In this document: positions 27,828 to 36,794 of the stretch, in pieces
How positions within the stretch are numbered: position 1 is the stretch's first letter
Layout of the letters: each line of letters opens with the position of its first letter
From: an uncultured Candidatus Poseidoniales archaeon
GTDB lineage: Archaea; Thermoplasmatota; Poseidoniia; Poseidoniales; Thalassarchaeaceae
Reading direction: 5' to 3'
DNA: 64,000 bases
NCBI GenBank assembly: GCA_964342465.1
Contig: CAYFFQ010000002.1
Coordinates: forward strand, 62,557-126,556
Notes under the pieces: generated by a model
Told to the model about the DNA's origin: nothing
The model's input: only the letters and a program-made list of their open reading frames with translations
The model's database searches: none
Made by a program: the position numbers and the translations under genes

Positions 27828-28844
27828 TCATGCGACCCAATGCAACTCGGTTTCGTCAGTACGTAGGTCCTGCCTAACCGCAGAATCCTTCAACTCAGTG
27901 GCACCGTGGTGTAAAAATTGAAGCCGTCCGAGAGTGGCTATCATCGACCCATTATCAACACAATAGCGTGGTTCAGGTGTCGCCGCTACGGACCCTCGCT
28001 CCTCAGACATCAATTCTGCCATCTCCCTGATACGCAGATTACAGGCGACACCGCCACCGAGCAATAATTCACTCTTCTGACAATGTGCCATCGCTCTCTC
28101 TGCCACCTCGATGCAGGCGGCGAAAGCGTGTTCCTGCAGTGACCAGCAGATTGCAGCCAATGGTGCTCCCTTCTCAGTCGCCCTCAATGCTGCAGTGAGA
28201 AGTCCGGAAAAGGCCAAATCCATTCCATGAACTGCGTAGGGGAGCGGGTAATCTTCCAGTCTTGATGCAGGGTTTTCTTCAATCCATTTCACCGCGAGTT
28301 GTTCGATTATTGGGCCTCCGGGGAACGGCATGTCATGTTCACGGGCGAATTTGTCCAACATATTGCCGATGCCGATGTCCAATGTCTCCCCAAGAACACG
28401 ATATCTGCCTGCCATCCGGGTGATGACCTGTGTATTTCCTCCTGAAACATAGAGAAGTAAGGGGTCATCCATAGCGCACTGCTGGCGGCCTATTTCGATG
28501 TGCGCCACACAGTGATTCACTCCTATCAAGGGGACATCAAGTTTGCTTGAAAGAGCACGCGCCACACTAGCGCCCACGCGCAGACAAGGACCCAATCCAG
28601 GGCCTTGAGAGAATGCTATTCCGCGCAGGTCGTCAAAGTCAATCGGTGAGTGGAAAAATTGCTGAACGAGATGCTTTGCTGCAGCTGCGTGGTGGTCTGC
28701 GGCTTGGCGAGGATGGATGCCACCACTTTCGGGTCTGAAGAAGACCGATGTGGAAGGAATCGGAATGCCTCCCCGCTCAACCGCACCGAAAGAGAAGGTG
28801 TGGGCAGTGGATTCAATGCCAATGAAAAGGCCATCCTCTCGCAT
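27828..28844 (-). CDS. kae1: tRNA N6-adenosine threonylcarbamoyltransferase Kae1 (KEOPS catalytic subunit), stand-alone, no Bud32 fusion
   Basis: Has GIESTAHTFSF...DHHAAAAKHL...GVNHCVAHIEIG...YVSGGNTQV motifs. The start is trimmed to MREDGLFIGIES. The ORF-track N-terminal extension would overlap the divergent hutI. Confidence 0.85.
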   Translation of the reverse strand: MREDGLFIGIESTAHTFSFGAVERGGIPIPSTSVFFRPESGGIHPRQAADHHAAAAKHLVQQFFHSPIDFDDLRGIAFSQGPGLGPCLRVGASVARALSSKLDVPLIGVNHCVAHIEIGRQQCAMDDPLLLYVSGGNTQVITRMAGRYRVLGETLDIGIGNMLDKFAREHDMPFPGGPIIEQLAVKWIEENPASRLEDYPLPYAVHGMDLAFSGLLTAALRATEKGAPLAAICWSLQEHAFAACIEVAERAMAHCQKSELLLGGGVACNLRIREMAELMSEERGSVAATPEPRYCVDNGSMIATLGRLQFLHHGATELKDSAVRQDLRTDETELHWVA

Positions 28845-28898
28845 ACTACCGATGTCTGCGGCCAAGCCACACCATTTCAAGCCTGATGTCTCCTCGGC

Positions 28899-30212
28899 GT
28901 GACGATGCGAAGGCTGCTGGTCAACATCGGGCAACTCGCCCACCTCGATTTGGCCGCTGTAAGTGGGCCTCTTAAGGGCACACAATTGAGCGACGAGGAA
29001 GGACTGTTGTCGAGAGATGATACTTCAATCTTGATTACAGATGATGTTATCAGCAAAATCACCGATTCAGAATCCATGATTGAGGAATATGCACCTCAAT
29101 GGAGAGGTCAAGCAGGTGTGTCGATTACCACTTATGACGAGATAGAGGTCTGGGATGTGGCAGGCAGGGCTGTCATACCGGGTCTAATCGATGCTCATTC
29201 TCATCTCATCTGGGCTGGAGACCGTTCGCAGGAGGTCTCTATGGCGCGCCGTGGTATGTCGTACCAACAGATTGCCGCTGCCGGGGGGGGAATCGCCAAG
29301 ACAGTTTCCGCCACTAGAATGGCTTCCTCACAATTCCTTTACGAAGAGGGGTTGAGGAGGGCTGCTATCGCTTTGAAAATGGGGACTGTTCACCTCGAGT
29401 CGAAGAGTGGTTATGGATTAACAAAAGAGGATGAACTGAAAATACTTGATGTGTCCAACCAAGTGGATGGGTCAATTCCACTTCAGATGAGCCATACATG
29501 GTTAGGTGCTCACGCCTGCCCCAGAGGGACTACTCATTCGGAATATGTAGAACAACTCATCACCGAGCAACTCCCTTCTGTCGCTTCTCAACAAATTGCG
29601 ACATCGGCCGATGTCTTTTGCGAACCGGGTTGGTTCACCCTTGAGGAGACGGAGAGAATCTGTACGGCTGCCTTAGATGAGGGGATGGAGATTCGACTTC
29701 ATGTCGATGAGTTCCAAGATGGCGGGGGTGCTCAGTTGGCAGCAGGACTCGGTGCGAGAACAGCCGACCACGCAGCCCATAGCAGCGAAGAATCTCTATC
29801 TGCCTGCAATGACAAAGGTGTGATGATCGGATTTCTGCCAGGAACCCCCTACACACTAGGCATCGACCATTGGCCTCCTTTTGCTACGGCTACGGAAAAC
29901 AACTGGGCGTGGTCGTTGGCCACGGACTTCAATCCCAACTGTCACAGCCTCAGCCTCCCCTTCGCTGCCAGCCTCGCGGTGCATCGTTGTGGAGTCACAC
30001 CCCTAGCGGCGTTGGTAGCGAGTTCTAGAAATCCAGCAACCACTTTGACGGCAACCGCCCATCCTAGTGCAGGAATGATTACCGAGGGTGGGCCAGCCTC
30101 TCTCAACATTCTATGGGGTGAGGAGGTGGACGGATGGTGCCTTACACCTGGTATCAATCCATTCATTGGAACAATCTGCAACGGTGAAATCATCACATCT
30201 ATGAATAGTTGA
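28899..30212 (+). CDS. hutI: Imidazolonepropionase HutI
   Basis: Has VIPGLIDAHSHLIWAGDR, GGGI..TV.ATR, ESKSGYGL, DVFCE, HVDEF and ATDFNPN. These are the amidohydrolase HutI signatures. Confidence 0.85.
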   Translation: MTMRRLLVNIGQLAHLDLAAVSGPLKGTQLSDEEGLLSRDDTSILITDDVISKITDSESMIEEYAPQWRGQAGVSITTYDEIEVWDVAGRAVIPGLIDAHSHLIWAGDRSQEVSMARRGMSYQQIAAAGGGIAKTVSATRMASSQFLYEEGLRRAAIALKMGTVHLESKSGYGLTKEDELKILDVSNQVDGSIPLQMSHTWLGAHACPRGTTHSEYVEQLITEQLPSVASQQIATSADVFCEPGWFTLEETERICTAALDEGMEIRLHVDEFQDGGGAQLAAGLGARTADHAAHSSEESLSACNDKGVMIGFLPGTPYTLGIDHWPPFATATENNWAWSLATDFNPNCHSLSLPFAASLAVHRCGVTPLAALVASSRNPATTLTATAHPSAGMITEGGPASLNILWGEEVDGWCLTPGINPFIGTICNGEIITSMNS

Positions 30213-30290
30213 AACAAGTAGTCTTGCCCAAACCTATTCCATTATTCCAAGGCGGCGGTAGTCGGTTACTTCATCCCTGTAGGTTAGAGC

Positions 30291-30382
30291 CGCCGCCAAC
30301 TCAACCCAAGTCTATTCCACTGCCAGCGAGGTCTGGTCTGAAGAGAGTTTGCGCCGACAACTCAACCCGCGTCTATTCCACT
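30291..30382. repeat. Two copies of a 31-bp element (CGCCGmCAACTCAACCCrmGTCTATTCCACT) at a 61-bp offset
   Basis: Copies at 30291-30321 and 30352-30382, with 3 mismatches. The intervening 30 bp are unrelated. Confidence 0.4.
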
Positions 30383-30748
30383 CGAGGTGGATAGTGCCTT
30401 ATGGCGGGGAACAACTTTGTTTCGTCTAGTCGGAGTGAAGGTTCGGGGGCCGATTTTGCTTTCGGCGGGAAACCAGCCCCAATTTTATGCACACATGTGG
30501 GCGGATAATGTGCATTATCCGACATCAGCAGAAATCGAGCCGATGAACGATTCAAATAACAGGCTCGCAGTGCAGCGTTTTGCATTGATTGCAGATTACC
30601 TTGTTCCAAAGAATGTTCAATTTGGCCCTTAGAGGGTAGGGGGTGAATGGCCTGATTGTTTGATTCTCGGCTTCCACTTGGGGCCTCTATGAGAAGCACA
30701 TGCCGCGGAGCATTGATAATGGGGCCTTCATTGGTGCAGCCGGTTGCG

Positions 30749-30901
30749 ATGGCGGGCTACGACGGCTTCTGTCTGAAGTGCAAGACTTATGGGCCCATAA
30801 AGGACGGACAACTCATCAAGATGAGTAATGGTCGAACGAGGGTTGCAGGCTTCTGCTCTGAAGATGGATGTAGTGGTAAGATTTCAAAAATCATCAGCTG
30901 A
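30749..30901 (+). CDS. Small (50 aa) Cys4 zinc-ribbon protein (DUF5679-like), missed as an independent gene by the ORF track
   Basis: MAGYDGFCLKCKTYGPIKDGQLIKMSNGRTRVAGFCSEDGCSGKISKIIS has a C-x2-C...C-x4-C layout typical of this small-protein family. It ends 18 nt before the tRNA-Val. Confidence 0.45.
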   Translation: MAGYDGFCLKCKTYGPIKDGQLIKMSNGRTRVAGFCSEDGCSGKISKIIS

Positions 30902-30919
30902 TGCCAACCGTAGCGAACA

Positions 30920-30992
30920 AGGGCTCGTGGTCTAGGGGCTATGACGTCGCCTTGACATGGCGAAGATCGGCGGTTCAATTCCGCCCGGGCCC
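30920..30992 (+). tRNA. tRNA-Val (anticodon GAC)
   Basis: Manual cloverleaf fold. Acceptor stem GGGCUCG/CGGGCCC (7 bp, one G-U pair). Anticodon stem UCGCC/GGCGA with loop UUGACAU. T-arm GGCGG-UUCAAUU-CCGCC. Discriminator A. No encoded CCA. Confidence 0.85.
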
Positions 30993-31078
30993 ATTTACAG
31001 TTTGTGAACCCGAATTTGAGGGGGGTGTCCACCTCTTTGAATATACACAACAAGCATTAGGGATTATCGTTTTTATGT

Positions 31079-31813
31079 TCAATCATTGATGATGTATTCA
31101 ACCCTAAGTTTACCACGACCCTTCGATTTCACCTTGACAACCTCAATTTCACCAATTTTCCCCGTGTTGGCGACATGTGTTCCCGCACAAGGGCAGATGT
31201 CGACATCTTCGATGGTTATGGTACGAAGTTCTGTGACATGTTTCGGAAGCGCATTGAGATTCACTCTTACCAGAGGGTCGTTTTGCAGTTCAGTTAGTGA
31301 CCTGAAGGACATATCTACGGCCAGCCGAGAGGTCGAGAGTTCTCTCACTTTCGCCTCCAACTCTTCCTTAGAGAAACTTTCTCTGACGGCAACGCCGAGG
31401 TCAATTCTCGTCTTGTCAAATCCGATTTGATTACCGATGGTAGGGGCATTGAACAATTCGTGGGCGGCCGCAGAAACGAGGTGTTGGGCGGTGTGCATTC
31501 TCGCAATCCTATTTCGCCATTCAACATCAATTGAGACTGAGATATCAGTCCCGATTTCAATGGCGATTGCTTCGATGTTTTTGACCCTGTGAAAGATAGA
31601 GTCTGCTTTCTTAACTCGGTCGAACAAGTATGTGGTGCCATCAATCTCAATTTCTCCGATGTCGGCGGGCTGACCGCCACCAATGGGATAGCACCATGTC
31701 TCATCAAATGCCAACCACGCCTCGCCATCCTGCCATTTGATATTCTTGATAGAGGTGTTGAAAGGTGGTGGGTCGGAGCCGGGATGCTGTCGCAGTTGCA
31801 TTGTCTCCTGCAC
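31079..31813 (-). CDS. alaX: AlaX-M type Ala-tRNA editing protein (AlaRS editing-domain homologue)
   Basis: Has HTAQHL and CPCAGTHV zinc-binding motifs, with an N-terminal beta-barrel. Confidence 0.8.
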   Translation of the reverse strand: MQETMQLRQHPGSDPPPFNTSIKNIKWQDGEAWLAFDETWCYPIGGGQPADIGEIEIDGTTYLFDRVKKADSIFHRVKNIEAIAIEIGTDISVSIDVEWRNRIARMHTAQHLVSAAAHELFNAPTIGNQIGFDKTRIDLGVAVRESFSKEELEAKVRELSTSRLAVDMSFRSLTELQNDPLVRVNLNALPKHVTELRTITIEDVDICPCAGTHVANTGKIGEIEVVKVKSKGRGKLRVEYIIND

Positions 31814-31884
31814 AATAATTCCTCCTCACTCAGCGAGAACAACCCACCGAGTAGGTGAAGTGTTCAGCAGCCTCTTCTGCACTC

Positions 31885-32229
31885 TCATTCTTCTTCACCT
31901 GTAGATGGAGTGACTACTGATGAGTTCTCTCTTGGCAGTGTAAAATCTGTGGTCGAATCGGTCCAATCCACAGTAACGTCCTCATGTTCCTCTGAGTCAT
32001 CTTGCAAGGGGACATTTAAGTTGGGGTTGAGGCTATAGAGGGAAGGGTCAAGGTCTTGTTTGATTACTTCATTGCTGCTGATTGGGGGTGGGTCGCGCTC
32101 AGGAAGGGAGGTGATGTCATAGTGAAACAAACCACATTCCGGACACCTCAGGGTACCCTTCTTGGTTAGGCATCCACAATCTGGACAACATTCGATGGCG
32201 TTGAAGACATTCAAGGTCGGCTCACTCAT
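31885..32229 (-). CDS. Small acidic zinc-ribbon protein
   Basis: CCPDCG...CPECG. The start is trimmed to the internal ATG that abuts the upstream gene's stop. The ORF-track extension overlaps that gene. Confidence 0.4.
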   Translation of the reverse strand: MSEPTLNVFNAIECCPDCGCLTKKGTLRCPECGLFHYDITSLPERDPPPISSNEVIKQDLDPSLYSLNPNLNVPLQDDSEEHEDVTVDWTDSTTDFTLPRENSSVVTPSTGEEE

Positions 32230-32230
32230 T

Positions 32231-34105
32231 TCAATCAACAAACATGGAGTCGAATGGGACCCAATACTCTTCTCCAGACTCATCGTCTTTGACGAGAACT
32301 TCGTCGTCATCTTCGTCGAACTCAACTATTACGCCATACCATTCTTCGCCATCAGCCTCAACTCCGACATGGGAACCGATGTCGATCTCCTCTTCATCGT
32401 CATCATCACTGTCTTCGTCTTCCTCCTCAGAGGATTCTCCGTCCTCATCGTCTGCCTCATCGTCATCATCACCCTCTGAACCGCTCTCCTCGTCGTCAGC
32501 GTCGTCATCTTCATCAGCTTCTTCATCAGAATCTTGCGATTCCTCTTCGTCCTCTTCTGACCCCTCTTCATCAGGTTCCTCGGCCCTAGTGGATTCGTCT
32601 GAATCATCAGATTTCTTCTTCTTACGGAAGGTCTCCTTCATACTCTTGACTCGACTGCGATACCAAATGGAAGCAACAAGAAGGCCGAGGAGAAGAACGA
32701 CGGCGATATAATCTGGTTTACCCCAAACCCCAGTTGGGCTCCAGGAAGCGGGGTCGCTGGGCGAGAAGATGTCCAAGAGATTGAGTTTGGTGCTTTCCTC
32801 ACAATATCGTTGCAGCCACTCATCATCTCCAGCAACACATTCAAACAGGTTCGAGAAGAACCCATAGACATTGATTACAACCGTTGCCGTGAACATCACG
32901 ACCAAACTCCATACAATCGGGAAGATGTTTTCTTCGTTACTCATCATAAAGACATCAAATGAGGTCGGTTTTTCCCTCTCCTTTTTACGAATTCTCTCTT
33001 CAACTTCGTCAGGGTCCTCGACCGCCGCCACCATTTCGATAAGGTCAATTGCACCATCTTCATCAGTGTCTATGGCTTGGAGTAGTTCAGCCACCTCTTC
33101 AACAGAATAGTCATCGCTGAAATTCTCTGAGACGACGGTTTTCAACTCATCGAGAGTGACTTTACCATCGAAATCCTCATCCGCCTCTGTGAACAGATTG
33201 CTGAGATTTTGGTTGTTGTCCGTGATGAGGTGGTGCAGAGCGTTAAGAAGGGACTCTTTCGCATCGCTTCCCTGCTCCTCACCATCTGCATCGCCCGTAT
33301 CATCATCTGAATCTGTTGCGGAATCATCATCTTCATCATCATCGTCTGAGACGGTTGCGGAATCATCTTCTTCATCGACTTCGTTCTCATCCTCGTCTTC
33401 ATCAGGGCGAACCTCATCATTCTCATCGCCCTCTCTGGCATCATCGTCCGATTTTTCCTGCGGAATAGAGTCTTCATCCTCTGCGCCGTCACCATCCTTG
33501 GATGTGGCCGACTCATCTTCTGTTGCATCCGCATCGGTTTCATCAATCGTTTCAGTATCTCTGGGGTCCTCATCACCACCGAGGGAGACGGAAAGTGCGG
33601 TGGAGAGTTCTTCAAGTGAAATCATCTGGTCATTGTTGAGGTCAATCTGGTGGAGGAATCTCTCAATCTCCTGCCGAGGTAGTACAGCAAGTCCCGCTCC
33701 CCTGAGACCGTTCCGAATTTCAAGACCCGAGAGAACCCCATCTCCGTTGGCATCCCACGCACCGAATAGAGAGGAAGCAGTCATACCTTCTTCATTCATC
33801 CAATTGCTGACGGTCTGAATCAAGTCGTCAAGGGTGAACTGAGCACCACAACTCGGGCAAGTTTTCGATTCCAGTGGGATGATGGCGTGACATGCGCCAC
33901 ATTCACCTCTGTCGACTTCCTGAACCCCTGTGAATGATACATTACACTCCGGGCAACTGGCCGAATCAGCAGGGATGAAGGCGTCACACCCGCCGCACAT
34001 TGCCATCGCGACATCGCCGTTGGAAGTAGAATCCTCACCGCTCACACCACTCGCCTCGTTCAATTCCAACCGAGCCGATGATATAATGATTGATGAGATA
34101 AACAA
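32231..34105 (-). CDS. Acidic membrane protein with two N-terminal zinc ribbons, four EF-hand-like Ca-binding loops, two TM helices and a poly-acidic C-terminal tail
   Basis: Zinc ribbons CGGCD..CPEC and CGAC..CPSC. EF-hand loops DANGDGVLSGLE, DLNNDQMISLEE, DEDFDGKVTLDE and DTDEDGAIDLIE. Hydrophobic segments at residues ~385-410 and ~445-465. Confidence 0.6.
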   Translation of the reverse strand: MFISSIIISSARLELNEASGVSGEDSTSNGDVAMAMCGGCDAFIPADSASCPECNVSFTGVQEVDRGECGACHAIIPLESKTCPSCGAQFTLDDLIQTVSNWMNEEGMTASSLFGAWDANGDGVLSGLEIRNGLRGAGLAVLPRQEIERFLHQIDLNNDQMISLEELSTALSVSLGGDEDPRDTETIDETDADATEDESATSKDGDGAEDEDSIPQEKSDDDAREGDENDEVRPDEDEDENEVDEEDDSATVSDDDDEDDDSATDSDDDTGDADGEEQGSDAKESLLNALHHLITDNNQNLSNLFTEADEDFDGKVTLDELKTVVSENFSDDYSVEEVAELLQAIDTDEDGAIDLIEMVAAVEDPDEVEERIRKKEREKPTSFDVFMMSNEENIFPIVWSLVVMFTATVVINVYGFFSNLFECVAGDDEWLQRYCEESTKLNLLDIFSPSDPASWSPTGVWGKPDYIAVVLLLGLLVASIWYRSRVKSMKETFRKKKKSDDSDESTRAEEPDEEGSEEDEEESQDSDEEADEDDDADDEESGSEGDDDDEADDEDGESSEEEDEDSDDDDEEEIDIGSHVGVEADGEEWYGVIVEFDEDDDEVLVKDDESGEEYWVPFDSMFVD

Positions 34106-34236
34106 CCATTATTCTCTAACCAATCGCCACCTACCATCCGCTGCCGAAGGCATCAATAAGGGAAGCAGCGAGCGGCTCAGTGGGGGAGTGGGAGTTGCAA
34201 TGGCCACCATCTACAGCCAAGGTCTATGGCGTGCAG

Positions 34237-35148
34237 ATGGAAGAACCGCGGCAAGGGCTAAGATGGGTACAATCCATGAAATCTGACGGCCGCGGTATCT
34301 TGATTCTCTCTCGGTTGTCACCTCGACGTCTTTCTAGGGCAATCAGGTTGGATGGTATCCAATTCCGTTGGTTGACTGAGAGAAATGACCCTCACGCCCT
34401 GCAACCGAGTTTGGAGCAATTGAACCATTACATCTCCAACTTCGTCAACAACGGCTCAGGGATAATTTGGCTGGATGCAGTAGAATATCTCTCTGAACTG
34501 AATGGGTTCGAAGCAACCATGCACTTTATCGAAACACTTTCTGATACCCTTGTCGGACTGAAATGGGAATTGGTCCTGCCATACTCTCCACTCGCCTTTT
34601 CCTCAACAGAAGTGGCCAGATTACGACGAGGCGCGCCGAATCTCGACATTCTCTCCGAACTGGAACATGACTTGGAACAGCAACTCGGTTCAGGTGACGA
34701 TACCGATCTCCTGTCAACGACCGATACCATTCAATCCCCCGCACCTGATGTTGATGATGACCCAAATACACGACAAGAAGAGGGCGTTTCAGGTTTGCCG
34801 GAGAAGATAGAAATTGAAGAGGGCCTCGTCGTCTTGAGCCGCATACCTGAGAGCAGCCTCTCTAGGGCAATTCTCTCCCGTCGATTAGAACAATGGAAAG
34901 AGTTGGGATTTGACATCAGTGAAGTTGAACCCATACTATTAATTGAAGAACGAGCCGAGCGATACAGACGATATTTCGCCGTTGAGGAGTTGGTGCGCCG
35001 AGCCTCTGAGTGTGAGAGGAGAATACGGGAACTCGAAGCCCTCGGATTCACTACTGAAGCGACTAAACTGAGGTTCCGCATCATGCAATTGACGGGCATC
35101 GATGATGTTGAGCGCACGATTTCATCACTTCTCGCCGAAGCGCGATGA
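34237..35148 (+). CDS. DUF835-domain protein (N-terminal DUF835, acidic linker, C-terminal coiled region)
   Basis: FRWLT ... IIWLDAVEYLSELNGFEATMHFIETL matches the DUF835 pattern (wWLT...lDglEYLi..nGFe..l.Fl). The start is trimmed to an internal ATG. Confidence 0.5.
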   Translation: MEEPRQGLRWVQSMKSDGRGILILSRLSPRRLSRAIRLDGIQFRWLTERNDPHALQPSLEQLNHYISNFVNNGSGIIWLDAVEYLSELNGFEATMHFIETLSDTLVGLKWELVLPYSPLAFSSTEVARLRRGAPNLDILSELEHDLEQQLGSGDDTDLLSTTDTIQSPAPDVDDDPNTRQEEGVSGLPEKIEIEEGLVVLSRIPESSLSRAILSRRLEQWKELGFDISEVEPILLIEERAERYRRYFAVEELVRRASECERRIRELEALGFTTEATKLRFRIMQLTGIDDVERTISSLLAEAR

Positions 35149-35218
35149 AATAGTCAGATGCCAACTCCTGCCAACAACCATCAATTGCTTCTAGCACAGG
35201 ATTACATTCAGTTGTGGC

Positions 35219-36739
35219 TCACGAAAGTGGCCCGACTGCCGCTTCAACAGCTGTCAGTACTTCGCCTGAGTGGAGTAGTTCAACCATCGTATCGTGGTCG
35301 GGGAAGAGGGGGCGGTCTTCGTCGAGGTGTGCGATGCTCCCTCTGATGACCGAATGCGCTGCTGAGGTTCCTCTGCCGGGTGATAATCCGCGAATGTCAA
35401 TAGCCTGCGAAGAGGCAATCATCTCAATGGAAAGAACACCAAAACAATTCTCTAAAATCTGGCGAACCTTTTGGGTGGTGGTCATGGCCATGCTGACAAA
35501 ATCCTCTTGGTCGGCGGCAGCAGAGATGCTCTGATTGGCTGCTGGATGTGATAGAATCCTTGTCTCTGCAACGAGGGCACAAGCAGTGTATTGGGCGACC
35601 ATCAAACCCGAATGAAGTCCCGGCCTCTCGGTCAGAAATGGTGGCAATCCTCCGGATAGAGCAGGGTTGGTAAGTCTGTTCAATCTCCTCTCGCTGAGGA
35701 CGGCGACCATCGACAAGCCAACGCCAACCATTTCCATCGGCAGTGCGACGGGGGAGCCTTGGAAATTAGCTCCTGTAATCACCATCTCCTCGTCGACGAG
35801 GAAGACCGGATTGTCCCCCACACCATTCAATTCAATCTCCACTTGCGAGATGGCATAGCCCATAGCATCCTTCAGTGAACCGACCACCTGAGGTGTCGAG
35901 CGCAGTGAGTATGCGTCCTGAACTTTCTTGTTGCCATTATTAAGAATTTGAGACTCATCCGTCAATTTCAACAGATTCTCAGCGCAGGCAATTGAACCGG
36001 CGAAGCCCCTCAATGCGTGCAACCTGTTGTCGTAGGGGAGCATGTTGGCATTCAACGCTTCAAGGGTCATCGCCGCAGAAATGTCGTGGTATTTTAGCCA
36101 TCGTACAGCGTCGCACAGGGTAAGAGCGGCCATCGCTGTCAGCATGTTGCTGCCATTGATGATGGATAGACCGTCGCGAGCCTCGAGAGTGATTGGGGTT
36201 AGCCCCGCATTAGCCAATGCTTCAGCGGAAGACATTCGCACCCCGTCGTGGAATGCTTCCCCTTCGCCCATCATCGTCATCGCAATCTGAGACATCGGAG
36301 ATAGGTCTCCACACGCTCCGACAGAGCCCTTGGAAGCGACGAGAGGTGTGACATGGCGATTTACCATCTCCACCAACAATTCGGTGACCTCGGCGCGACC
36401 ACCGGAGTTTCCGTGACAGTGGACATTGATTCTCCCAACCATCGCTCCTCTGACGACCTCCTCTGGCATCGGCTCCCCGATTCCTGCGGCATGAGAATAG
36501 ACGAGGAACTTCTGGAATTGTTGCGTCTGTTCGGGGGTGAGGACGACTTCGCTGAACTCACCTATTCCAGTGGTCACTCCATACATGATTTCGTGCTTGT
36601 CAATTTTCCTCTGGATCATGTTGCGGCAGGCAGTAATCCGCGACCAAGCTTCATCACTGACCTCAATCATCTCACCTTTTCTAGCGACCCTCTCCACATC
36701 ATGGATGGTCAGACCTTCACCGTTGAGAACAACGCTCAT
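35219..36739 (-). CDS. hutH: Histidine ammonia-lyase HutH (MIO-enzyme family) with Ala142-Cys143-Gly144 in place of the canonical Ala-Ser-Gly
   Basis: Full-length HAL homology. GSVGACGDLSPMSQIA aligns to the GSVGASGDLAPLSH MIO loop. Confidence 0.9.
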   Translation of the reverse strand: MSVVLNGEGLTIHDVERVARKGEMIEVSDEAWSRITACRNMIQRKIDKHEIMYGVTTGIGEFSEVVLTPEQTQQFQKFLVYSHAAGIGEPMPEEVVRGAMVGRINVHCHGNSGGRAEVTELLVEMVNRHVTPLVASKGSVGACGDLSPMSQIAMTMMGEGEAFHDGVRMSSAEALANAGLTPITLEARDGLSIINGSNMLTAMAALTLCDAVRWLKYHDISAAMTLEALNANMLPYDNRLHALRGFAGSIACAENLLKLTDESQILNNGNKKVQDAYSLRSTPQVVGSLKDAMGYAISQVEIELNGVGDNPVFLVDEEMVITGANFQGSPVALPMEMVGVGLSMVAVLSERRLNRLTNPALSGGLPPFLTERPGLHSGLMVAQYTACALVAETRILSHPAANQSISAAADQEDFVSMAMTTTQKVRQILENCFGVLSIEMIASSQAIDIRGLSPGRGTSAAHSVIRGSIAHLDEDRPLFPDHDTMVELLHSGEVLTAVEAAVGPLS

Positions 36740-36794
36740 AGGCCGGCGACCGGTGAATGGGTCTTAATCATAGTCAATCATGAAAATTGTAGAT

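Noticed and set aside
27828-28985. N-terminal 47-aa extension of Kae1, formate-transferase N-terminal extension (42137-42223), giant-protein TTG start (14675), and similar ORF-track extensions
   Set aside because: Extensions start at alternative codons and overlap divergent or upstream genes. Homology or signal-peptide logic places the true starts at internal ATGs.
30291-30382. Two 31-bp repeats separated by a 30-bp unique segment, superficially like a 2-repeat mini-CRISPR
   Set aside because: There are only two copies with 3 mismatches. No further repeats, leader or cas genes. Treated as a degenerate tandem duplication.
30502-30521. 20-bp near-perfect palindrome CGGATAATGT/GCATTATCCG
   Set aside because: It is isolated and 290 nt from the nearest gene end. 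It could be a binding site or hairpin, but there is no supporting context. Too weak to call.
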